The notes below the pieces were generated by a model. That model made no database searches, had not been told where the DNA came from, and saw only the letters and a program-made list of their open reading frames with translations. This document shows positions 58,301-64,000 of a stretch of 64,000 bases of DNA, one piece after another. The translations under genes and the position numbers were made by a program. Source of the stretch: Mesonia sp. (GTDB lineage Bacteria > Bacteroidota > Bacteroidia > Flavobacteriales > Flavobacteriaceae); the NCBI RefSeq assembly GCF_012964435.1, contig NZ_DTTX01000090.1; one strand, written 5' to 3'. Position 1 is the first letter of the stretch; each line of letters opens with the position of its first letter.

Positions 58301-58524
58301 TCATTTACTCCTGTAGAGTAAGTTGTTCCTGAAGCAGTAAATGCCAATACTGCGTGCGAATTCTCCGGGAGTATAGAATTTTGGTTTGTACTTGTCGATT
58401 TCCAGTAACCAAGATAGTTAGTGTAAATTTCAGTAACCTGTGCTTGTACATTTACTGAGAAAAATACAATCATCGTCAAAAACAATAACTGTATTTGATT
58501 AAATTTTGAGTAATTTTTTTTCAT
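55384..58524 (-). CDS. large secreted cell-surface protein with Ig-like domain and T9SS C-terminal sorting domain
   Basis: Signal peptide from the second Met (MKKNYSKFNQIQLLFLTMIVFFSVNVQA). C-terminal IYPNPTTGWFNI...IYNLLGRKVY...GVYLVKVNT fits a type-A T9SS CTD. The ORF-track start at 58563 is possible. Confidence 0.8.
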   Translation of the reverse strand: MKKNYSKFNQIQLLFLTMIVFFSVNVQAQVTEIYTNYLGYWKSTSTNQNSILPENSHAVLAFTASGTTYSTGVNDVILNNQSVTYSAQNFRALPILTLPTTGGSSYWLGFGQLYDGIDNGADTSTTNPFNANPTGAELASYLTTGPHGLDLGTYFTNIPSGTNNRFELSSAGLDLANIGDGVPDIFVSQIAQPGGADQLRFVNSSGATVGNSVSLTLTSAPSLGTWKTDLYQFTSQPSSQINISKTMRFAAIELSQFGINASNVADAVALIYIPGGSSDPAFIAYNEPSIPVASRIDITAQPTTSNCDGTMPSSFTIQITDDASNSVAQAGFNVTASIKTGPGDLFGTVTQTTDATGQATFNDLVFEVGGDHTIAFNSSSLDEEVSATILDATGCGDATWTGAIDNDWNDVGNWDITEVPNANYNVTIPTGLTNYPILDVNTGADNLIMGDGATIELNGFLFTIQGAITAGTAAYIDGSVSNSELNFSGQAAQTIPSGFVNGDLANLTIANPNGVIVNTTIDITEILDVDSGQLTTNGNITLKCDFTGNVAQLDQVTGSISGDITTEQCFPARRAYRFVTSSVNTTSSIRENWQEDASSYTDNPNPGYGTHITGVDSNSDGYNGFDYTPSGLPSMYELNNVSQTWFTTPNTDVTTLTAGEPYRLMIRGDRSINVTDNETTATNTKLRATGTVAIGTTNFSSGFSSTEGHFNFFGNPYQAIVDMSAVLANATSSNVNTLYYYIWDPTQGTRGAYSTIDVLTNSGTVGAGNKFLQPMQAGFFLTGSAGTTPTLSFLEENKAVNQATTSVFRNANSLEKSIHLKLYTEEAYNNGDNASDGLKIKFEESADNMFNNNDAPKMFNLDESIARDINGNLSSIEKRSLPLNNESLQLFTTNYKVNNYRFEAELNGLEDYDVYLKDNFTNTLSLISDTENTYSFSVEIDNENSLTVANDRFELVFAISSMNNENFFKDQFSIYPNPTTGWFNIQNSSDQEIKDISIYNLLGRKVYNSENIEDNNINISQLQAGVYLVKVNTTNGNTITKKIIKK

Positions 58525-58701
58525 GGAAGGTGTGAATAATTGATATAAGGTTTTGAAAAACAATTCTTTAACTTATTGTATCAAAAATGAATAAGTTTCA
58601 GTTGAATTTCCGCGCCAAACATACTATATAACTATCTATTTATCAATTATTCACAACCTAATTCGATTAAAAGCTAATATATTTGATTAAGCGTAAAATT
58701 T

Positions 58702-60162
58702 TTAGATTAAAGGTAAATCTCCCGGTCCTTTTGTGGGTAATTTTGAAGACCCCATCAAAAATTTATCTACCTCGTAAGCGGCTTCTCGACCTTCAGAAAT
58801 CGCCCAGACAATTAATGATTGCCCACGGCGCATATCGCCGGCAGTAAAAAACTTCTTTCTATTGGTTTGATAATTTTTTTCGGCTTTGAAGTTGCTTCTC
58901 TCGGTAGTGTGTATACCTAATTGTTGTGCTAAGGTTTTTTCAGGTCCGGTGAAGCCTAAAGCTAATAAGGCTAAATCGCAAGGCCATTCTTTTTCAGAAC
59001 CTTCGATTTCTTTGAGTTGCGGACGGTTATTTTCATTTTTAATCCATTCGACCTCTACCGTTTTTAAAGCTTTTAAATTTCCTTTTTCATCTTTTAGAAA
59101 TTTTTTGGTAAGAATGCTCCAATTGCGTTCAACTCCTTCTTCGTGAGAAGAGCTGGTTTTTAGGGAGAAAGGCCAATACGGCCAAGGATGTTCTTTGGTT
59201 CGATTTTCAGTTGGCATCGGCATAATTTCAAAATTAGTAACCGATTTTGCTCCGTGTCTATTCGAAGTTCCCACACAATCTGAACCGGTGTCTCCACCAC
59301 CAATTACAATCACGTGTTTGCCTTTTGCCGATAGTCTTTCTTTAGGTTCTGCTAAACCATCGACCACACAGTTATTGTGTGCTAAAAACTCCATCGCTTG
59401 TACCACTCCATCAGCGTCGGCTCCATCAATAGGAAGCGGACGACGTTGTGTAGCACCGCCACATAAAACGACCGCATCAAACTCTTCTAGTTGTTTTGCG
59501 TCATAGTTTTTTCCGACGTAAATTCCAGTTTTAAAATTGACACCTTCAGCTTCTAGTTGTTGTACGCGACGATCGATCACGTGTTTTTCCATTTTAAAAT
59601 CCGGGATTCCGTAGCGTAATAATCCGCCTACTTTTTTATCGCGTTCAAAAACAGTCACAGTATGACCGGCTCTTCGTAATTGTTGTGCAGCGGCCAATCC
59701 TGCCGGACCGGAACCAACAACGGCAACATTTTTACCCGTTTCGGTTTGTGGTGGTTCGGGCTTGATCCAGCCTTCTTCAAAACCTTTTTCGGCAATATAT
59801 TTTTCAATGAGTTCAATAGCGACGGGCGGTTCAATAATCCCTAAAACACAAGCCGATTCACAAGGAGCGGGACATAATCTTCCGGTAAATTCAGGGAAAT
59901 TGTTAGTTGAATGTAGAATTTGCACCGCTTTTTTCCATTCATTTTGATAAACAGCATCATTAAAATCGGGTATTAAATTCCCTAACGGGCAACCGCTGTG
60001 GCAAAACGGAATTCCACAGTCCATACAACGAGCGCCTTGCGTGTTGAGTTCTTTTTCACTTAATGGTTTTGCAAATTCTTTATAATTCTTGATTCTTTCT
60101 GCGGGGTCAATATTGTCTTCCGTCTTTCTTTCGTGTTCAATAAATCCTCTTAACTCTCCCAT
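58702..60162 (-). CDS. gltD: glutamate synthase small subunit (NADPH)
   Basis: Fe-S cysteines CMDCGIPFCHSGCPLGN. Dinucleotide folds VAVVGSGPAGLAAA and VIVIGGGDTGSDC. Confidence 0.92.
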   Translation of the reverse strand: MGELRGFIEHERKTEDNIDPAERIKNYKEFAKPLSEKELNTQGARCMDCGIPFCHSGCPLGNLIPDFNDAVYQNEWKKAVQILHSTNNFPEFTGRLCPAPCESACVLGIIEPPVAIELIEKYIAEKGFEEGWIKPEPPQTETGKNVAVVGSGPAGLAAAQQLRRAGHTVTVFERDKKVGGLLRYGIPDFKMEKHVIDRRVQQLEAEGVNFKTGIYVGKNYDAKQLEEFDAVVLCGGATQRRPLPIDGADADGVVQAMEFLAHNNCVVDGLAEPKERLSAKGKHVIVIGGGDTGSDCVGTSNRHGAKSVTNFEIMPMPTENRTKEHPWPYWPFSLKTSSSHEEGVERNWSILTKKFLKDEKGNLKALKTVEVEWIKNENNRPQLKEIEGSEKEWPCDLALLALGFTGPEKTLAQQLGIHTTERSNFKAEKNYQTNRKKFFTAGDMRRGQSLIVWAISEGREAAYEVDKFLMGSSKLPTKGPGDLPLI

Positions 60163-63100
60163 TACGCCGTTTTTAATTCTTTGTTATTTTTCTTTTTCTC
60201 TTCTTCAATTTTTTTCAATGCCTTTTTAAATTCTGTAGGCATCACTTTGATAAACTGTTGAGAAGTTTCTTCCCAGTTTTCTAAGATTTCTTTAGCAACT
60301 TTACTTTCGGTGAATTTGAAATGATTGCTAATCAGCTGTTTTAATTCATTTTTATTTTCTTCGGAAGGATTTTCTAATTCGATCATTTCCATGTTGAAAT
60401 TATGATGATCCAATTCATTTTTCGGGTTGAAAATGTAAGCAATTCCGCCACTCATTCCTGCGGCAAAATTTCTTCCGATTTTCCCGAGAATCACCGCTAC
60501 ACCACCGGTCATATATTCACAACCATGATCGCCAATTCCTTCGATCACAGCTTTAGCTCCGGAATTTCTTACACAAAAACGCTCACCACCAATTCCATTA
60601 ATGTAAGCTTCTCCAGAAATAGCCCCGTACAACGCTACATTACCAATAATGATATTTTCGTTCGATTTAAATGTTGCTGAAGCAGGTTTGCGCACGCTTA
60701 ATTTCGCGCCGGAAAGTCCTTTTCCGAAGTAATCATTCGTGTTTCCGATCACATTTAAGTTAAGTCCTTTTGTGGCAAAAGCACCAAAACTTTGTCCGGC
60801 TGAACCAGTGAAATTTATATTCAGGGTATTTTCAGGTAGTCCGGCTTCTCCGTGAATTTTAGAAATTTCGTTACTCACAATCGCTCCGGTAGTTCGGTTC
60901 ATATTATGAATTGGGAAATCGAGACTCATTTTTTCTTTTCTGTAAATTGCCGGATGGGCTTTGCTTAAAATTTCAAAATCTAAGACTTTTTCTAATTGAT
61001 GATCTTGCTTCTCTGTTCGATAAAGCGGCATATCTTCCGGGATGTTTGGCTTGTAAAGAATATTCGATAGATCGATGCCTTGCGCTTTGTAATGCTTAAT
61101 GGCTCGATTCATATCTAATTTCTGACTTTGCCCGACCATTTCATCTAAAGTTCTATAACCTAAATCTGCCATAATCTGGCGAAGTTCTTGCGCGACGAAA
61201 TACATATAATTGATCACGTCTTCCGGTGTTCCTTTAAAGTTTTTACGCAACTCGGGATCTTGGGTGGCGATCCCAACCGGACACGTATTTAAATGGCAAG
61301 CGCGCATCATAATACAACCTGAGGCGACAAGCGGAGCGGTAGAAAAGCCAAACTCTTCGGCTCCTAATAGAGCGGCAATCGCAACATCGCGACCTGTTTT
61401 TAACTGTCCGTCACATTCAACAGTAATTCTATTTCTAAGGTTGTTGAGTAATAAAGTTTGCTGCGCTTCTGCAATTCCTAATTCCCAAGGTAAACCTGCG
61501 TGACGCAAAGAAGTTAGTGGTGAAGCTCCGGTACCACCATCGTAACCAGAAATGAGTACGACATCGGCTTTCGCTTTTGCAACTCCGGCAGCAATCGTCC
61601 CAACACCAACTTTAGAAACCAACTTTACATTAATTCTCGCTTCGCGATTCGCATTTTTTAAGTCGAATATCAATTGCGCTAAATCTTCTATCGAATAAAT
61701 ATCATGGTGCGGAGGTGGCGAGATTAATCCAACATAAGGTGTCGAATTTCTCGTTTTTGCAATATCCGGATTCACTTTCGCACCGGGCAATTGTCCGCCT
61801 TCTCCTGGTTTTGCACCTTGCGCCATCTTGATCTGAATTTCTTGCGCATTACTCAGATAATTAATGGAAACACCAAACCTTCCGGAAGCGACTTGTTTAA
61901 TGGCACTGTTTCGCCAGTTTCCGTTGAGGTCTTTGTGAAAACGATCGGCATCTTCACCACCTTCACCCGAATTACTTTTTCCTTTCAAGCGGTTCATCGC
62001 AATGGCTAAATTTTCGTGTGCCTCTTTACTGATGGAACCAAACGACATCGCACCGGTTTTAAAACGCTTTACGATGTCTGTCCACGGTTCAATTTCTTCA
62101 ATAGGAATCGGATTAAGATCGCGGAATTTAAATAATCCGCGAAGTGTCATTAAGCGTTCATTCTGTTCATTGATGAGCTTAGAATATTCACTATAACTTG
62201 TGGGATTATTTTGTTTAACGGCTTGTTGTAATTTTGCTACACTTGCCGGATTAAACATATGGCGTTCACCATTTCTTCGCCAGCGGTAATCACCACCAAT
62301 ATCTAAGTCTAAACCAACTTCTGTTGTTTTGGGATGAAAGGCTTTATGGTAACGTTTCTGAATTTCTTTTTCAATTTCATAAAGACCGATTCCTTCAATT
62401 CGGGTAGGCGTGTTGCAGAAATATTTATCGACAAACTTTTTGTTGAGCCCGAGTATTTCGAAAATCTGAGAACCTCGATAAGAAAGTAGCGTAGAGATTC
62501 CGATCTTGTTCATGATCTTTACGATTCCTTTTCCGATGGCTTTGTTGAAATTTTGAATCGCCACTTCAGGTTCTTCTTCGATTTCATCTTCATTAGCGAG
62601 GTTGAAAATAATTTCATTCACCATATATGGGTTAATCGCACTGGCTCCGTAACCAAATAGTAACGCAAAATGATGGGGTTCTCGTGGTTCAGCAGATTCA
62701 ATCACAATCCCGAATGAAGAGCGACGATCGTGATCTTTTACACGGTGATGCACAAAAGAACAAGCTAGTAAGGAAGGTATCGGAGCGAGTTTGTCGTTTA
62801 CATCACGGTCGGAAAGAATAATGATATTACAACCTTCATCGACAGCATCGTTAATTTCAAAAATCATTTCTTCTAAACGAGCTTCTAAACCGTTCAAGCC
62901 TTTTTCAGCTTCATATAACATCGATATAGATTTCGCTTTAAAATCGGGATGATCGATGTATTTAATTTTATCTAGATCTTCATTAGAAATGACCGGATTC
63001 TGAATTCTTAACTTTTTGCAATGCTCGGGAACGATGTCGAATAAATTCTTGTCTTCCCCAATCGTTAAACTAATATCAGTAATAATTTCTTCGCGAATCC

Positions 63101-64000
63101 CATCGAGCGGCGGATTGGTAACTTGAGCAAATAGTTGTTTAAAGTAGTTGAATAACAATTGCGGCTGATCTGATAAAACTGCCAAAGGAATATCGGCTCC
63201 CATCGAACCAATCGCTTCTTTGCCTTGCGTGGCCATTGGCGTGATGATGGTTTTAATATCTTCTAAGGTGTAACCAAATAGTTTTTGACGCTTATTAATT
63301 TCAATCTTTTCTATTGGCGTTTTGTTTCCGGTGTACGGAATATTGGCTAACGGAAGTAGATTATCGTTCAGCCATTCTCGGTAAGGACGCTTGGTAACAA
63401 TATCATATTTTACTTCTTCATCTTCAATAATTCGACCTTTTACCATATCGACCAAGAACATTCTTCCCGGTTCTAAGCGACCATGAAACTCCACGTTACC
63501 CGGTTTAATATCAGTTACGCCTGTTTCTGAAGCCATAATTACATAACCATCTTTGGTTACCGTGTAGCGAGAAGGTCGCAAGCCATTTCTGTCTAGTAAA
63601 GCGCCAATGTAATTTCCGTCGGTAAATGGGATGGAAGCCGGACCGTCCCAAGGCTCCATAATACAAGCGTTATATTCATAGAAGGCTTTTTTCTCGTCAG
63701 ACATCACCGGATTTTTTTCCCAAGCTTCCGGAACCATCATCATCATCGCTTCGGGTAACGAACGACCGGTGTGCAATAATAATTCTAAAGCCATATCCAT
63801 CGAGGCAGAATCTGATTTTCCTTCCATTGTGATCGGAATGATCTTCTTGAGATCCTCACCAAAAAAATCACTTTCAAATAACTCTTCCCGTGCTTTCATT
63901 CGGCTTAAATTTCCGCGAAGGGTGTTAATTTCTCCGTTGTGGCACATATAGCGGAATGGTTGCGCTAAATCCCAAGTAGGAAAAGTATTGGTCGAAAAAC
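60162..64000 (-). CDS. gltB: glutamate synthase large subunit, C-terminal about 1280 aa (5' end beyond the right edge)
   Basis: The reading frame is open to nt 64000. CHNGEINT amidotransferase motif near 63.9 kb. FMN domain strings (SNSGEGGED; LISPPPHHDIYSIEDLAQLI). C-terminal GXGXG domain. The Met at 63947 is internal. Confidence 0.92.
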   Translation of the reverse strand, partial: FSTNTFPTWDLAQPFRYMCHNGEINTLRGNLSRMKAREELFESDFFGEDLKKIIPITMEGKSDSASMDMALELLLHTGRSLPEAMMMMVPEAWEKNPVMSDEKKAFYEYNACIMEPWDGPASIPFTDGNYIGALLDRNGLRPSRYTVTKDGYVIMASETGVTDIKPGNVEFHGRLEPGRMFLVDMVKGRIIEDEEVKYDIVTKRPYREWLNDNLLPLANIPYTGNKTPIEKIEINKRQKLFGYTLEDIKTIITPMATQGKEAIGSMGADIPLAVLSDQPQLLFNYFKQLFAQVTNPPLDGIREEIITDISLTIGEDKNLFDIVPEHCKKLRIQNPVISNEDLDKIKYIDHPDFKAKSISMLYEAEKGLNGLEARLEEMIFEINDAVDEGCNIIILSDRDVNDKLAPIPSLLACSFVHHRVKDHDRRSSFGIVIESAEPREPHHFALLFGYGASAINPYMVNEIIFNLANEDEIEEEPEVAIQNFNKAIGKGIVKIMNKIGISTLLSYRGSQIFEILGLNKKFVDKYFCNTPTRIEGIGLYEIEKEIQKRYHKAFHPKTTEVGLDLDIGGDYRWRRNGERHMFNPASVAKLQQAVKQNNPTSYSEYSKLINEQNERLMTLRGLFKFRDLNPIPIEEIEPWTDIVKRFKTGAMSFGSISKEAHENLAIAMNRLKGKSNSGEGGEDADRFHKDLNGNWRNSAIKQVASGRFGVSINYLSNAQEIQIKMAQGAKPGEGGQLPGAKVNPDIAKTRNSTPYVGLISPPPHHDIYSIEDLAQLIFDLKNANREARINVKLVSKVGVGTIAAGVAKAKADVVLISGYDGGTGASPLTSLRHAGLPWELGIAEAQQTLLLNNLRNRITVECDGQLKTGRDVAIAALLGAEEFGFSTAPLVASGCIMMRACHLNTCPVGIATQDPELRKNFKGTPEDVINYMYFVAQELRQIMADLGYRTLDEMVGQSQKLDMNRAIKHYKAQGIDLSNILYKPNIPEDMPLYRTEKQDHQLEKVLDFEILSKAHPAIYRKEKMSLDFPIHNMNRTTGAIVSNEISKIHGEAGLPENTLNINFTGSAGQSFGAFATKGLNLNVIGNTNDYFGKGLSGAKLSVRKPASATFKSNENIIIGNVALYGAISGEAYINGIGGERFCVRNSGAKAVIEGIGDHGCEYMTGGVAVILGKIGRNFAAGMSGGIAYIFNPKNELDHHNFNMEMIELENPSEENKNELKQLISNHFKFTESKVAKEILENWEETSQQFIKVMPTEFKKALKKIEEEKKKNNKELKTA

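Noticed and set aside
58886-62196. Eight plus-strand ORFs of 60-103 aa inside gltD and gltB (e.g. 59195-59506, 61210-61503)
   Set aside because: They are antisense to strongly supported, motif-rich coding sequence. These are typical shadow ORFs of the GC-richer genes.
63945-63947. Met at 63947 as the start of gltB
   Set aside because: The frame remains open to nt 64000. MCHNGEINT is an internal, conserved amidotransferase-domain motif, so the gene is truncated by the window edge.

Overview
Low-GC chromosomal window of Flavobacteriia type (Bacteroidota). Supporting signs: a SusC/SusD pair, two proteins with T9SS C-terminal sorting domains, many lipoprotein signal peptides, TAnnTTTG-like promoter boxes and tight ATGA/TAATG gene overlaps. 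Left to right: (1) The 5' part of a TPR/TM regulator, divergent from a canonical alpha-glucan (starch) PUL: susC, susD, susE/F-like, GH13, GH97 (1.4-10.5 kb). (2) A small accessory patch. Two related AGTTTAC heptamer arrays (10606-10668 and 12882-12944) bracket a beta-lactamase-fold hydrolase and a membrane-anchored XRE regulator. After them come a 58-aa histone-H1-like gene missed by the ORF track, a frameshifted small Cys/His gene and an orphan ORF. (3) A minus-strand metal/two-component cluster (14.0-19.3 kb): FGE-like lipoprotein, CDF exporter, TPR histidine kinase, LuxR response regulator, ZIP-like permease. (4) A 1503-aa tandem-duplicated UvrA paralogue with four ABC modules. (5) An amber-interrupted lipoprotein pseudogene and a 1088-aa T9SS adhesin-like protein. 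(6) A ~26-kb, 24-gene Wzx/Wzy-type polysaccharide locus (27.7-53.6 kb). It holds accessory MurA and MurB paralogues, three sulfotransferases, a CapA-like/ATP-grasp pair, two copies of an uncharacterised deacetylase-like protein, GDP-fucose genes and a PglC/PglD/PglF-like set lacking the aminotransferase. (7) An OmpA-family protein, then a second T9SS protein of more than 1000 aa with a co-transcribed 66-aa mini-protein that is little more than a signal peptide plus a sorting-signal-like tail. (8) gltD and the 3' ~3.8 kb of gltB. No rRNA, tRNA, CRISPR, transposase or integrase was recognised. Best candidates for new biology: the chemistry modules of the polysaccharide operon, the single-chain double UvrA, the heptamer-array-bracketed cassette and the mini-protein. 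All functional calls come from motif recognition by eye; no database search or computation was run.
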